In this document: piece by piece, positions 1 to 13,862 of the stretch | Layout of the letters: every line of letters starts with the position of its first letter | Numbering within the stretch: the first letter of the stretch is position 1 | NCBI RefSeq assembly: GCF_004010195.1 | Contig: NC_057749.1 | Coordinates: forward strand, 17,067,750-17,131,749 | DNA length: 64,000 nucleotides | Reading direction: 5' to 3' | DNA from: Chiloscyllium plagiosum | Lineage: Eukaryota | Notes under the pieces: generated by a model | Database searches by the model: none | The model's input: only the letters and a program-made list of their open reading frames with translations | What the model was told of the DNA's origin: nothing | Position numbers and translations under genes: made by a program

Positions 1-44
1 ATATTATCTTTGCTGGATCTTCCTTCTAAACCTTACTGTTACAT

Positions 45-372
45 CTCAATGAATAGACAAGCTCTTCTCCCCAGGGTAAAGGAGTCCAAAACTGGAGGGC
101 ATAGATTTAAGGTGGTGGAGGGATGATTTAAAAGGGAACTAAGGGGCAACCTTTTCACAGGTGTGTTAATGGAATGAGCTGCCAGAGGAAGTAGTGGAGG
201 CTGGTACAAATTCAACATTTAAAAGGCATCTGGATGGGTACATGAGTAGGAAGGGTTGAGAGGGGTATGGACCAAATGCTGGCAAATGGGACTAAATTAA
301 TTTAGGATATCTGGTCGGCATGGAGGAGTTGGACCCAAGGATCTGTTTCCATGCTGTACAGCTCTGTGACTA
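45..372 (+). mobile_element. CR1-type LINE 3' end fragment
   Basis: Typical CR1 3' end (gggcatagatttaaggtg...tggaatgagctgccagaggaagtagtggagg...tttaaaaggcatctggatggg) similar to other copies in the window. Confidence 0.85.
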
Positions 373-374
373 AC

Positions 375-1530
375 TTGAGCAAATTTGTCAAACATGATTT
401 CCCATTCATAAACTCAGGGTGACTCTGACAGCATTCAGCTTTTCTAAATGTCCTGCTATTTCTTCTTCATCAATAATGGTCTGCAACATTTTCCCAAAGA
501 CAGATGTTAGGCTAATTGGAGTCTAGTTTCCTGCTTTCAGTCTCCATCCATCTTGAGTAGGGGTGTTACATTAGTGGTTTTCCAATCCACTGGAACCCTC
601 TTGGAATCCAGCAGTTCTGGAATACTTTGACCAATGCCTACATTATCTCTGTGGCCACTTCCTTTTAAATCCTTGGTTGGAAGCCATCAGGTCCTGGGTT
701 GCATTGTCTACCTCCAGTTTCATTAGTTTGCCAAACACTTTATCCCTCGTCATATCGAAGTAATAACTCCAAAGGCCTGAATCCTGTCACCAAGTCACCC
801 TTTATTTACACATGAACAGTCCTTGACTATAGTACTGCCTCATTCACAGTCAGGCACCAGAATGTCAGTATCTCTGACACACACTTTTATTATCTGTCAG
901 ACAGGGCTCCCTCATCAGACCAGATTAACAGCCGCAATCAGGGAGCCCGTGTTGTATGAGGTCCAGCTAGCTGATCTTATGACAATCACGATAAGAAACT
1001 GTCACAAGATCTCTCCGCTCATACGCAGCTTACTTTTCTGTCATTTTCTGGATATTTACAGTGCCATCCATGGTGAAGACTGATGCAAACAATTGGTTTA
1101 AATGAGCTGCTGTTTCTCTGCCATTTCCCCTTTAATGTTTTACCAGTTACATCCTCCAAGAGTCCCACACTTACTTCAGCTGCTCTCTTTCCCTCTATAT
1201 AATCTTGGTTCTTATTTACATTCCTCACCAATTTACTTTCATACATAATTAATTTTCTCCTCCTTTATTAGCTGTTTAGTCATCTGCTGTGGCTCCTAAA
1301 AAAATTCCCAATCCTCTACCATACCAACAGTTTTTGCTTCTTTGTATGCCTTCGGTTTTTATTGGATACTCTCCTTGACTGCCTTAGTTAACCACGGGTG
1401 ATTCATCCTTCTCATTGCGTCCTTTCTGACCAGAATACATTTTTGCCGAGTGTTATGAAATTTCTGCTCATATGCTCATCCTCTGACCTTTCCCTTAGTC
1501 TGTTTTCCCCAACCTGCTTTAGATAATAGT
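375..1530 (-). mobile_element. Decayed CR1 ORF2 fragment interrupted by another repeat
   Basis: The minus strand shows decayed RT-upstream motifs (NYRPISLT-like near 490-530, KSPGPDG-like near 680-700). Interrupted at ~752-990. Confidence 0.6.
752..992. repeat. Interspersed repeat of uncertain class (possibly solo LTR)
   Basis: Similar sequence (tatctgtcag...tatgaggtccagctagctgatc) recurs at ~28205-28306, where its 5' part (~27450-27485) is separated by a CR1 insertion. Confidence 0.45.
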
Positions 1531-2227
1531 CACTTTTCTGACCCTCAAATACAATTAACCTTTGTGGAATGGTTATGTTTCTTCGTTGTTAGTGGAATTC
1601 CACAAATTTGGAACTCTGGAATGTGTCAGCAGGGCGATAATTCCAGAGTGGGAGGGAGAAAAGGCCATATTTCTGTACCGAGGAATTTGAGTTTGAGCTC
1701 AGTGTGATTACACAGGGAGTGGTGCGATAACAAGTTGCTCTCTGTCTGTTAAGAGGGTCAACAGCAGCAGAACCAGTTTGACAACCTGCGCAGAGATGCT
1801 GATCACTCGGCACGGAGTTAGCAAAGCAGGTTTCCAGTGACATTGCCAACCTGCCCATATCAGCAGGGCACAATGACCAGCAATACCCCGAGCCCCATCC
1901 TCAGACATACCTAGCTCAGGGAGGGAGGGAGGGGGGAGGCTTTCAGGATTATTTCACAGCTCCACAACAAAACAGCTTTCCAGATGAAGAGGGGGGGAGG
2001 GGGGGTTGTGGGGGAGCAGATTTAGTTCAGAAATCACTGACAAACTGAAGAACCAGACATGACACAGGACCGGAGACCTTCACTATCATGGAGTCTTGGA
2101 CACAAAGGGGCAGGAGTTACGTTACAAATGCACCGAGTTCGAGTTCGATTTTATCTGAAGTGAGTGCCTTCAATTCTGAACACCCGGTGTCAGGGAGGAG
2201 AAACCCTTCTGAGGGTCACTGGATCCG

Positions 2228-3235
2228 AAATAGAGTCATAGAGATGTACAGCATGGAAACAGACCCTTCAGTCCAACCCGTCCATGCCGACCAGATATCC
2301 CAACCCAAGCTAGTCCCACCTGCCAGCGCCTGGCCCATATCCCTCCAAACCCTTCCTATTCATATACCCATCCAAATGCCTCTTAAATGTTACAATTGTA
2401 CCAGCCTCCACCACATCCTCTGGCAGCTCATTCCATACACATACCACCCTCTGCATGAAAAAGTTGCCCCTTAGATCTCTTTTATANNNNNNNNNNNNNN
2501 NNNNNNNNNNNNNNNNNNNNNNNNNNNNNNNNNNNNNNNNNNNNNNNNNNNNNNNNNNNNNNNNNNNNNNNNNNNNNNNNNNNNNNNNNNNNNNNNNNNN
2601 NNNNNNNNNNNNNNNNNNNNNNNNNNNNNNNNNNNNNNNNNNNNNTCCTGTACTCAATACTCTGACTAATAAAGGAAAGCATACCAAATGCCTTCTTCAC
2701 TATCCTATCTACCTGCGACTCCACTTTCAAGGAGCTATGAACCTGCACTCCAAGGTCTCTTTGTTCAGCAACACTCCCTAGGACCTTACCATTAAGAGTA
2801 TGAGTCCTGCTCAGATTTGCTTTCCCAAAATGTAGCACCTCGCATTTATCTGAATTAAACTCCATCTGCCACTTCTCAGCCCATTGGCCCATCTGGTCCA
2901 GATCCTGTTGTAATCTGAGGTAACCTACTTCGCTGACCACTACACATCTCCAATTTTGGTGTCATCTGCAAACTTACTAACTGTACCTCTTATCCTCGCA
3001 TCCAAATCATTTATGTAAACGACAAAAAGTAGAGGACCCAGCACCGATCCTTGTGGCACTCCACTGGTCACAGGCCTCCAGTCTGAAAAACAACCCTCCA
3101 TCACCACCCTCTGTCTTCTACCTTTGAGCCAGTTCTGTATACAAATGGCTACTTCTCCCTGTATTCCATGAGATCTAACCTTGCTAATCAGTCTCCCATG
3201 GGGAACCTTGTCAAACGCCTTACTGAAGTCCATAT
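2228..3235 (-). mobile_element. Young 5'-truncated CR1 LINE (RT domain plus 3' end)
   Basis: ORFs give [34 protein letters not shown] and WQMEFNSDKC. Close relative of the copy at 59000-60385. Contains an N gap. Confidence 0.92.
2487..2645. other. Assembly gap (N run)
   Basis: Run of N inside a CR1 copy. Confidence 1.
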
Positions 3236-4509
3236 AGAATATTAACTCTGATTTCTCTCCACAGATGCTGCCAGACTTGCTGAGCTTTTCCAGCAATTTC
3301 TGTTTTTGTTTCTGCTTTACAGCATCCGTAGTTGATTTGTTTTTTATTCAGGAAGGAAGATACTGGCTTTGTGGATCCTTGACAGGGTTCACCCTGATAT
3401 TACTGGAGCTCTAAGTGTTAAATTAGGAGGACAGGTTGCACTGACTCGTATGTAGGAGATTAAGGCGGTATCTAATTGATGTCCTTTAAAGTGTTTAAAG
3501 GATTTGATGGGTCAGAGAGACAGAAACTACTTTCTGTAGCGGGGGAGAGTCTTGTTGAATGGTGGGGCTGAATGGCTTATTCAAGCTTCTTATTTTTACG
3601 TAAAAGCCACATGCTCGGGGTCAGAGAGGCAAGCCATCTTATCCTAAATCCAAAATCTCCATTGGCAGCACAGACTTGAGGACAGGAGGGAACACATGGA
3701 GGGTCAGAGGAGAGGGTATGGCAGTGTGGGGAAGTGGGTTATGGAGTTATTGTGTACCTTTGCTCCATATCAATAAGATCTGGTGCTTGACTTGGCCTCA
3801 CAAATGAACAAGGTCGGTAGATCATGCAGGAAGGATGAAAGAGTCTGCTTCATGCAGCATGCCTGCGAAACAAGCTACAGACTGAAACTTGTGGTTACGC
3901 TATAAGAGCAGGCCTCTGGATTGGGCAGAGTCTGACAGATTTGCAAAGGCGAGGCTGCCAAAAACCATCTTGTGAAAAGACAGACAGATTCAGCTTCGAG
4001 CCAGCCTGCACGTCACCCAGGCCGCTCCCAAATACCAACACCAGAGAAAGGTCTAATTTAGAACATAATAGAAATCCTGTTGTGGTTAAAACTGCAGAGA
4101 AGCTGTTCATTAACAAAGAGTAAAGGCACCATGAAACACTGAGAAGGTGGTGATAGTCTTCCACAGATTTGGCTGAATTTTCAGACACAATTTTGTTGGC
4201 CTAATCACCTCTTAAACACAAAATAAGGTTCCAGGCGTGTTACTAGTGACCAATTGCATGCTCTCATTTCTGTAACAGCTCCACCTGGACGCACAGTGAT
4301 CTAATGTCGAAGAATGAAAGAGCTTGCACCTTGCACAGCTTCAGGAGGTTGCAAAGTGCTTCACAACTAATTGATTATTCTCACTAATGATCGTTGTTGT
4401 TGCAGGAAATGTAGCAGTCAATATGCACATTGGTAAGCATGCACAGCTCTGAATCAGAGCACCAGGCATACAAGTCTCACTGCAGAGAGCACAACATCTC
4501 AGTGGGCAG

Positions 4510-5065
4510 AGGGTCTGCACTGAGACAGTGCCCCACTGTCAGAGGGTCAGTACTGAAGAAGCAGGCACTGTCAGAGGGTCAGAGCTGAGGGAGTGCCACA
4601 CTGTTGGACGGTCAGTGCTGAGGGAGCGCCACACTGTCGGAGGATCAGTGCTGAGGGAGCGCCACACTGTCAGAGGGTCAGTGCTGAGGGAGCGCCACAC
4701 TGTCAGAGGGTCAGTGCTGAGGGAGCGCCACTCTGTCGGCGGGTCAGCATTGAGAGAGCGCTACACTGTTGGAGGGTCAGTGCTAAGGGAGTGCCGCACT
4801 GTCAGAGGGTCAGTGCTGAGGGAGCACCACTCTGTCGGAGGGTCAGAGCTGAGGGAGTGCCACACTGTTGGACGGTCAGTGCTGAGGGAGCAGGCTTGTC
4901 AGTGGGTCAGCACTAAGAGAGTGCCACACTGTCGGAGGGTCAGCACTGAGGAGGTGCTGCACTGTTGGAGGGTCAGCATTGAGGGAGCGCTACACTGTTG
5001 GAGGGTCAGTGCTGAGGGAGTGCCACACTGTCAGAGGGTCAGTGCTGAGGGAGCGCCGCACTGTG
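4510..5065 (+). repeat. 33-bp minisatellite (gagggtcagtgctgagggagtgccacactgtca), ~16-17 units
   Basis: Direct tandem repetition; the ORFs show an 11-aa period. Confidence 0.95.
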
Positions 5066-5096
5066 GTGCCCCTTTGCAATTAACCATTAAAACTGT

Positions 5097-5594
5097 CTGG
5101 AACACATGCACCAAACAGCCCCATCACCTTGTGGCCGACCACTTCAACTTCCCCCTGCCACTCTCCCAAGGACAAGTAAATTCAAAGTTTGGGACAAGTA
5201 AGTCCTGGGCCCCCTCTACTACCGAATCCAAGCCATCCGACAACTGGAGGAAAAACACCTCATCTTGTGCCTCTTGACCCTCCAACCACATTTTATCAAT
5301 GTCAATTTCACCAGTTTCCTCCCCTCCCCCACCTCATCCCAGACCTAACCCTCCAAATCAGCACTACCCTCTTGACCTGTCCTATCTGTCCACTTTCCTT
5401 CGCACCCATCCACTCAACTTTCACCCCCCACCTGCATCTACCTATCGCCTTCCCAGCTACCTTCCCCCAGCCCCACCCCCACCCTCCTTCCCTCCCCACA
5501 TTGCTGATGAAGGGCCTAAGCCTGAAACGTTGACTTTTCTGCTCCCCAGATGCTGCCTGACCTGCTGTGCTTTTCCAGTGCCACACTTTGACAC
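5097..5594 (+). mobile_element. Penelope-like element 3' fragment (family A) with hammerhead motif
   Basis: Translates to a 'HLVADHFN' endonuclease C-terminal-like motif, then a C-rich tract, ctgatgaagggcctaagcctgaaacgtt (5504-5531) and the family tail gatgctgcctgacctgctgtgcttttccag. Confidence 0.7.
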
Positions 5595-6343
5595 GATAAC
5601 TTAAAATCCAGGTGGAGGTAAAAAGAAAACCCACTGCCATTTTCAAAGAAGAACAAGACTTTCCATTCAGTTTCTGGGTCAGTATTTAGCCCTCAACTAA
5701 CAGGTTATCTGACCGTTTCTCTAAATGCTGATAGTGAGAGCCTTGCAGTGCACACATTGGCTGGAGTTCTCCATGTTACTACAGCATTCACACTTCACAA
5801 CAAACTCATCTGTCATTAAGCATTTTGGAATGTTCTCAGGAGGTCTCAGACCCCACCATAGTACAAGTGCTCTGTTTAATTCAATAAGAAGGTAGACAAG
5901 CAGGAGGCTAGGAGAACACAGCCAGCCAGGCAGCATCAGAAGCTGGAGAATTCAAAAAGAAAGCAGGTTTTTATACCTCTCTTGAAACCCAGCCGGCAAA
6001 CAGTGCATCTCCAATGCTGTATTCCTCACACACAGGCAGACACCTCTCCGACTTAGCCATCTGCAGCAATAGGACGCAGTGGGCACCTCAGTGAGTACCA
6101 GCAGCATTTCAGAGTTATGGGGCAGAGTGATGCACATAGAGAGAGTGGAGAGTGTGAGAAATTGTGATGACAGGATGAGGTGGGGAAAACATTATCCTTG
6201 CCAGCACTCCCCCTTTCAGATTAGAGTGGTGCTGGAAAAGCACCCTTTCAGCCCCACCTGACCAAGCACTCAGCTCCTTCAGCAGCACTGACTGACTTGG
6301 GCAGAAATTGATCAGAATTTGTCAAGTTGCACATTGGCATAGA

Positions 6344-6716
6344 TGTGAGAGGATAGATCTTAACATCAAACTACAGCAAGCTACGAGAGAAGTGACATCA
6401 TCCCCCAGTTCCAGGAAATGAAGAGCAACTGTGAGCAGCCTGGAACAGCTCATGATTAACTCATTCATTGCCATTGCCTTCAAATGGTGAAATCCACCTT
6501 TTCTTTTACAATCAGTATACATATAAAACCTTAAGCTTGGAGTCATTGACCGACTGACTGATGTCTTTATCCCTTCTGCTTTATTTTTTCTACATTTGGT
6601 ATTGTAAAATGAAACAACCCCAAAGGTCAGAACTCTGCAAATATTCAGGAGTCGAACAAGATTAATTCCAGTCATGATGACACCTCCCACAACGAGAGAG
6701 GAATAAATTTGGTAAC
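6344..6716 (+). mobile_element. Possible solo LTR
   Basis: TG...CA ends (tgtgagagg...ggtaaca), internal TATA-like atataaaa and AATAAA near the end. No clear TSD. Confidence 0.3.
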
Positions 6717-7714
6717 AACTGACTGAAATGTAGACGGAGTTCTAAAGTTGGGTATTTCTCTCTTTCTCTCTCTCCTCTTGATTATGCCAAAGCTGAAGAG
6801 TTGATGGCTCCAGTAAGAGCTGCTTTTATTTTAATTCCATTGCTGCTGCTCTTGTGCAGCTGACAACACCAAAACCGGTTTTCTCAGTTCATAAAAACTA
6901 GTGACACTAAACTAAATAGAAAGGTCAGACAGCAGCAAGGCAGGTGGAAGTGTACTTTGTAAATTTAATTTGTGGACAGCATCTCTGACAAGGAGATGCT
7001 AACTCACTGCTTTCTGCTCCTGAGGCCCAGAATGATTTGGACCATACACACTCCTCTCCAACTGATGAGCTCTGAAACCTCTGTTTTCTTTGGACTCATT
7101 TACTTCAAATCCCTCCTGGGTAGTGTTTCATTCCTCAATCCTCCAGGTCTCTGCTCCTCTAATTCTAATTTCTTGTAATTTCCTGATTTTAAATAATTTT
7201 ACCACTGGTGGATATGTCTTCAGCAGCCTGGACTCCAAGTGCTCAAATTCCCTCTCTAAACCTTTCCCCCTCTCCTATAAGAGATGCTTCAAAATCTGCC
7301 TCTTGGACTAGATCACTACCCTGACACATTCTGTGATCCAGAGTCAAATATTGTTGCCTTGGGACATTTTACTAACTTTGTAAAGACAAGTTTTGGCTTT
7401 GAGTGTGTGGTTGTCCAGATGAGAGGTGAGGTATTGCCTAGGTTTGAGGTCCTGGGTAAGGTGGGGTGTTTGAATGTAATGAGGGTATATTGATAAACAG
7501 GATTTTAATCTTCACAATGACTGCGTTTAAACGGCGGGATAGGGAAACTTTCCCAACGGCTGATTCACACATTCCATCCTTACTTCAGTTGGAAGTGGTG
7601 ATATCATTTCACACCAATCAAATTCATGTTCGCAGAATTTCACATCTATTTTTAGACAAGTCTGTTAGTGTTTGGTGCTTGCCCGCCAGGCAAACTCACT
7701 CAACCTAACCACCA

Positions 7715-8130
7715 ACAGAGACGTCAGAGAGAGACACACACAGGCAGAGAGAGAGAGGGTAAGAGACAGAGACAGAACAGGCAAAGAGACACACAAAGCG
7801 AGAGAGAGAGAGAGATACAGGCAGAGAAATGGAGACTGAAAGAGACAGAAACACACGTAGAGGGACACAGAGGCAGATAGACAGAGACAGCAGATCAGAA
7901 ATACAGCAGAAAGAGGGACAGAGGGAGAAACACAGGGGAAAGGCAGACATACACATAGTGATAGACAAAAATAAAGGAAGAGAGCAGGACCACAAGACAG
8001 TCAGGGAGATAGAGCGTGTGTGAGGCATAGAGAGACACAGGGAGAGAGATACAAAGTGCAAAACTGAGAGAACACACAGGACAAAGAGAGAGTGTGAGAG
8101 ACAGAGTGAGAGTGAGAGACAGAATGAGAT
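7715..8130. repeat. Degenerate (GA/CA)-rich simple repeat
   Basis: agagagagacacaca/gagacaga low-complexity tract. Confidence 0.9.
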
Positions 8131-8279
8131 GGGGGGGTGTTGGAGTAAGAGTGGCACTCACAGACCAGCAATGTCTCATCTTGGGGATGGGATGTAGTTT
8201 GCCTGAATTGTCCCAGAGAAGCCATCTTTGAGTCTGAACTATTCCAACACTCGTCTGACCAGCTCCCAGCTTCCATCTT

Positions 8280-8700
8280 TCAGAAACTGGAGCTCACACC
8301 TGAACTTACATCCAAGTCCCTTTCACACATCAGCCACACAATGCTTGCTCACCTTGCTGTCTCCCCATCCTGCAATGTTTTAAAATTCTTACAGATGTTT
8401 CCATGGCCTTACCCAGACCCTGCTCTGTTCAGCCCTACATTCCTCCAATTCTGGCTTTCTGCCCTCCCTGATTTTAACCTTTCCATCATTGGTGTCAGTG
8501 TCTTCAGCTGCCTGGGCCCTATGTTCTGGACTCACCTCCCTGAATCCCATCGCCTCTCACTCTGCTTTGTGAAACTTACCTCTTTGGTCACTATCTCTAT
8601 ACACAATTTGACAATATTTTGTTTGATATCACTCCAATGAAGCACCTTGGGACAGTTTATTTCCTTCGAAGGCGCTATACAAATGCACATAGCTGTTCTT
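8280..8700 (+). mobile_element. L2-type LINE 3' fragment
   Basis: Ends in the L2-like tail gaagcaccttgggacag...aggcgctatacaaatgca. Related fragments at ~7100-7400, 17990-18220 and 34850-35100. Confidence 0.6.
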
Positions 8701-10379
8701 GTCATATACAGGGGAACAATGTCCATAATTAGTTGATAAATGTTTGCTGTGTACACTGGAATGCAAAACCTGGGAATTCCCAGGTTTGAGTCCCACTCAA
8801 GGTGACCCTCAATACAGCATCTCTGAACAACCAGCATAATGACAATAAACAAGCCTTTTTTCTTCTAGTCACTGCCCAGGAGAACAGTGAGTAGGACTGA
8901 GCATGATTGCAAGACCACCCTTTCTCCCACAGGCAAATAGCCTGCTGACATTATCCCACCTTGCACACACCAAGACCCACGCTGGAGATCAAAGCACAGT
9001 GGGTGTGAACTGCATGGAGAACGATAAGCCTAATGGGGGTGGCTTATGTAGGGGAGGAACACTGATGTCCCCTTTTCAAATCCAATGGCTTCACAAAAGA
9101 CGCCACAATGCAAATGTGGTGGAAAACTCAGCTGTGTGAATGTACTAGTGTTTGGGGAGGATCATGAGCCTGTGGAAATTTACTTCCTGGATAATGGAGG
9201 AAACATTGGCCATTGAATTTTTAAGTCAGAACTCAACAGACCAAGGAGTTAAGAGATAAGCAAGTGGAAAAGAAGATGGAGCAGATGAGAGGGGATGAAT
9301 GGCCTGTTCACGCCCCTAATTATTTTTTGCTATGTTCGTAACCTATCAACCACAGGCACATATGGCATTCTACCAGCCCCACAGATTCCCAAATGAGTTA
9401 TTGGATAGTGACTAAGGGCTGATTCCAGTCTCACTCTGGCTATGGTTCATCAGGAAAGTCTACATCAGCTGACACCGCCAAACACACCATAGCAGAATAG
9501 CAGGAGGCCATTCAGCCCCTCAAGCCAATTTCATCATGGTCACTTTGAATCATTTGCCCACTGTGGAACCATATTCCTTGTAAGATCTCGATCTTGGAAG
9601 ATTCTATCAACTCTCAGCATCCAGCACCTTTCAAGAGAGACAGTTCCAAATTTCCCGAATCTCAGTAGGAAGAGATCTTTCCTGATCCCTCTTGGCTCTG
9701 GATTCTGTCTCTCTTCCGATCTTGCCTGATGGTGTCACATTTGGTTTAAAACCCGCCCGGTAAATCTTTCAGAGTCTGCTGCAGTCAAAGTGAAGAAGCA
9801 AAAGGTGTCTCTGGGGGCTGGCCAGTGCAGCTGGTTGAGGGGAGACTGCAGTGGTGTTTCCCAGGAGTTTTCACCGCTTCCAAAGGAAATGGACAGTTTC
9901 CTGAGGGGATTCCACTTCACATGTCATATTAAACAACATAGATTAAAAACATTCATTATTACAGGATGTGAGTGATTGTGCAGGGACCTGTTTCAGTAGA
10001 CAGAGGGTCAACAGTTCCAGACAATGGAAAACAATATACTGTCTGTCATTTCAGACCAATCTCATAAACAAATCATACCAACAGAATGGGATTCTTGGGA
10101 ATTCAGCCCTCAACCAGGGCCTCCCCTCATTCAAGGGCCTTGAAAACTCATTCACTCAGTGTGAAACGGAAGGACAGCAGAATATAATTTGCCTCTCAAA
10201 TGAAATTGCAACTCCTCCCTCATTGATATTCCCAGGGTCAGAGAGTGCTTGAGGCTCAATGGCAGTGCCTGTAACGCTGGGCCAGAGGGTCCCAACTCAA
10301 ATCCCATCTGCTCTGGAGATGTGTCATAATGTGTCTGAAACAAGTTAATCAAACTAACTTTTCCCAATGTAGCTCTGAG

Positions 10380-10545
10380 TGAGTGCCGCACTGTCAGAGG
10401 GTCAGTGCTGAGGGAGTGCCGCACTNNNNNNNNNNNNNNNNNNNGCACTGTCGGAGGGTCAGTAATGACAGAGTGCTGCACTTACCGAGAGGGTCAGTGC
10501 TGAGGGAGTGCTTCACTGTCAGAAGGCCGGTGCTGAGGGAGTGTG
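10380..10545 (+). repeat. 33-bp minisatellite (same unit as 4510-5065), contains N gap at 10426-10444
   Basis: Repeated gagggtcagtgctgagggagtgccgcactgtc units. Confidence 0.9.
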
Positions 10546-10609
10546 TCTGTATGTGAAAGCGTGTTACACAGATTGGTTTTGTATTGTAAAGAATACAGTG
10601 TCATGTTCA

Positions 10610-10980
10610 TTATGTTACTTACTTGGTAATCTAGTGCCCAGGGACTGAGTTCAAATCTCATTTCAGCAACTGAGAAATTTGAATTCAATTTACAAAATAT
10701 GGAGCAATAAATTTTTCTCAAGAAAGGTGACCATGAAAATAACAGGTTAACATCAAAACCCATCTGGCTCACTAATGCCCTTTAGGGATGGAAATCTGGT
10801 ATCTTTACCTGGTCTGGCCTACACGCAAATCCAGACCCACAGCAATATGGTTGACTGTAAACTGATGTTGGAAACAGCTCAGCCAGACTCTCAGTGCTGT
10901 CATAGCAGCAGTGGTTCAAGAGTCACCTCTACCTTCTCAGGGGCGAGTAGGGTGGGCATGTCTTTACCCAAATAATGAAT
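10610..10980 (+). mobile_element. SINE-like repeat (gtaatccagagg...aaaacccatctggttcactaatg family)
   Basis: Similar copies at ~16990-17310 (-), 32600-33550 (+), 36930-37280 (-) and 57875-58260 (+). Confidence 0.6.
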
Positions 10981-11057
10981 ATTTTTTTAAAAATCACTGG
11001 GCGGAGGTAGTATTGAAATGTCATGAGCTTGTGAAAGGTTGTCTAAATCCAATTAGT

Positions 11058-11064
11058 ACACACA

Positions 11065-11101
<37 letters not shown>
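11058..11101. repeat. (CA)n microsatellite
   Basis: Direct reading. Confidence 0.97.
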
Positions 11102-11104
<3 letters not shown>

Positions 11105-11906
11105 TTAGTGAATGAAGGGACTCAGTTATTCTGGAAGGTGGATACCTTTCCAGCAGAGAAATCAGCAACTGCAAGATTGCTGGACACGTAGCAGCCTTGT
11201 ATTTTACAGAAGGGTTTTGTGGGGATGGCTGGGTGCAGGGACAGTGATGTGAAGGCCATGACGGTATTAATGAATGCAGTGGGTGGGAGGGAAAAGAGGA
11301 GTGTGACTGTGATCAGGAAGCCAGACAGTTGGTGTACGAAGCCTGTGAGAAGTGACCCTGATGACTGACAGGGATCGGTATGGGGGTGCTGGGCAGCTGA
11401 AGGTGTAATGGAGTTGGGGAAGAGTTCTTCTTGGAAACAACTGCTTCTCTTGAGCCAGAGGAGATGGTCAGTGTGTGAGCACCCAGATGGCCCTCTCCTG
11501 GCCAGTCAGCTCTTGTTGCTGCAGTGTTCAGGACACAGTTCACCTGCTCTCATGGTCATTCTCCTCTCTGTACATGTCAGCAGAATCTGCAGTGAGCATC
11601 CCACTGGTTTCTAATTTGTACAAGACTCTGTTATTCAATCAGCATTCCCCAACCCAGTCTGATGCTGACCGTGAACTGAGAGGAGCCTCAGCTGCTCAGA
11701 AACCACCAGCAAAGCAGAAAAAAAAAATCAGACAGGGAAATCTCAAAATGTTATCTGACAGACAAGAACATGTAATTTACAACCACACCCTGAAGACAGT
11801 AACTCAAGGTGCTTCATGGCAGTGAGAAACAAAGACAATTGGACACAGCTATATAACGAGAGATGAGGAGGTGTGACTAAAAGCTGAGATGAAGATTTTA
11901 AGCTGC

Positions 11907-12197
11907 CTTCTTGACCTGCAATCTTCTTCCCGACCTCTCCGCCCCCACCCCCACTCCGGCCTATCACCCTCACCTTAACCTCTTTCCACCTATCGCATTC
12001 CCAACGCCCCTCCCCCAAGTCCCTCCTCCCTACCTTTTATCTTAGCCTGCTTGGCACACCTTCCTCATTCCTGAAGAAGGGCTTATGCACGAAACGTCGA
12101 TTCTCCTGCGCCTTGGATGCTGCCTGACCTGCTGCGCTTTTCCAGCAACACATTTTTCAGCTCTGATCTCCAGCATCTGCAGTCCTCACTTTCTCCC
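11907..12197 (+). mobile_element. PLE-derived repeat (family A) with hammerhead motif
   Basis: attc-CTGAAGA-A-GGGC-ttat-GCAC-GAAA-CG-TC-gatt at 12067-12102, followed by the full family tail ending ctgcagtcctcactttctcc. Confidence 0.75.
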
Positions 12198-13477
12198 TTT
12201 AAGCAGTGAGGCGGGGGTTGGGGGGGGGAGGTCTAAGGAGGGAACTCCAGAACGGAGGGTCCAGGCTATTTGCAGTGGAATGATGGAAACCAGGGATCAG
12301 CCTGAAATCAGAATCAGTGGAGTACAGAAACTGGAGGGTTCTGGGGCTGCACGAGGTTATACAGAAAGGGAGGGGAGAAGTTGTGACAGTGTCTGAGTGG
12401 AAGAATGAGAATTTCAAATGCAGTAATGATTGGAAAATTAAAACAGAAATGAAATATTTAGCTTCTTGAGTTGACAGGCTGTTGGTTTTCTTATAGTTAG
12501 ATCTAGCCTCCCTTCACAGCCCAAACACCTGATAGCTCCCAGTTCAAAGTGTAACATTTTGGAATTGTTTTCAGAAAATTATTTTTCCTTTTCAATAAAT
12601 GGACCTTCCTCATGGGTATGTGTTCCAATGAGATTATTTCCTCCAAAGTATTTGCAACCACTTTTTCCCTTTATGTACTCCACAGACAGGGGGATTTCAT
12701 TTCTCTCCCAGATTCAGAAGCAACTGTTTCGAATGCTCTGCAATTTTGGGTTTTCACAACTGGTCAGTGTGGGAGGGAGGGAGGGAGGGAAAACAGTGTG
12801 CAACAAAGAGAGACAGAGGATGTGACAGAGAGAAAGAGTGACAGAGAGCAAGAGAATGTGTGTGAGAGAGAGAGAGAAAACCATGAGAGATAGGCAGATG
12901 GAGAATGGGAAAAATAAATCGATTCTGGGGCAAAGTGCTCAGGGTGGGATACAATCTCAGTCTGGAAACTGCTGGCTACAATTGTGCCTCAACCAATTTC
13001 CAGGAACATTGACTGTAAACCAAGGCTGTGAGAGCAGAATGGACCTGTTCCAATAAATATGGTTCCTCATTCAGACAAGGCATATGCACACAATTCCAGA
13101 AGTGAAACAAAATCTGTGACAGTGGGTTTGGTTCACTGAATGAAATCTCAAATCAGAGCTTCAGGTGTTCCATATGGGCACAGAAAGAAGGAAATGGAGA
13201 GAGACTGTGAGGACTCTTTCCCCAAACCGCTCCCCCCATCCCTCCCACCTTCTCTCACGCTACCTCCTCTGGGTGTTATCACAATTCACTCAGGCTGGGA
13301 AAGGAAGTTGAAGTTGTTACTCATTGGGAAGACTGATCCAGGACAGCATCAGTACGTAGATCCTCAACGTCCCTCTCAACGCAAAGCAAAGTTGCTTCCT
13401 GATCAATCTTTGGGCAAATTGCTGGAATATGTGACCTGTGATACCTGACAGAGAAGGTGACACCAGGAATACAAACA

Positions 13478-13862
13478 TGACCTTATAGAGGTTTACAAAA
13501 TTATGAGGGGCATGGATAGGATAAATAGACAAAGTCTTTTCCCTGGGCTGGGGAGTGCAGAACTAGAGGGCATAGGTTGAGGGTGAGAGGGGTAAGACAT
13601 AAAAGAGACCTAAGGGACAGCTTTTTTATGCAGAGGGTGGCACGTGTATGGAATGAATTACTATAGGAAGTGGTGGAGGCTGGTACAATTACAACATTTA
13701 AAAGGCATCTGGGTGGGTATATGAATAGGAAGGGTTTGGAAGGATATGGGCCGGGTGCTGGCAGGTGGGACTAGATAGGGTTGGGATATCTGTTTGGCAT
13801 GGACGGGATGGACTGAAGGGTCTGTTTCCGTGCTGTACATCTCTATGACTCTATGAGTCTAT
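13478..13862 (+). mobile_element. Young CR1 3' end
   Basis: Very similar to 60020-60385; ends with the (tctatgac)n tail. Confidence 0.9.

Larger units (their letters stand above)
4430..5880 (+). mobile_element. DeuSINE (SacSINE1-like) copy hosting a 33-bp array and a PLE-derived insertion
   Basis: SINE-like head before the array. SINE body and tail resume after ~5600 (cactgccattttcaaagaagaacaag...aagcattttggaatg), resembling the uninterrupted copy at 19520-19955. Confidence 0.55.

Noticed and set aside
4528-5277. 249-aa ORF and similar ORFs at 15136-15903
   Set aside because: 33-bp minisatellite translation running into a PLE fragment.
7665-8276. Overlapping ORFs rich in L/S/C or R/E/T
   Set aside because: GA-rich simple repeat.
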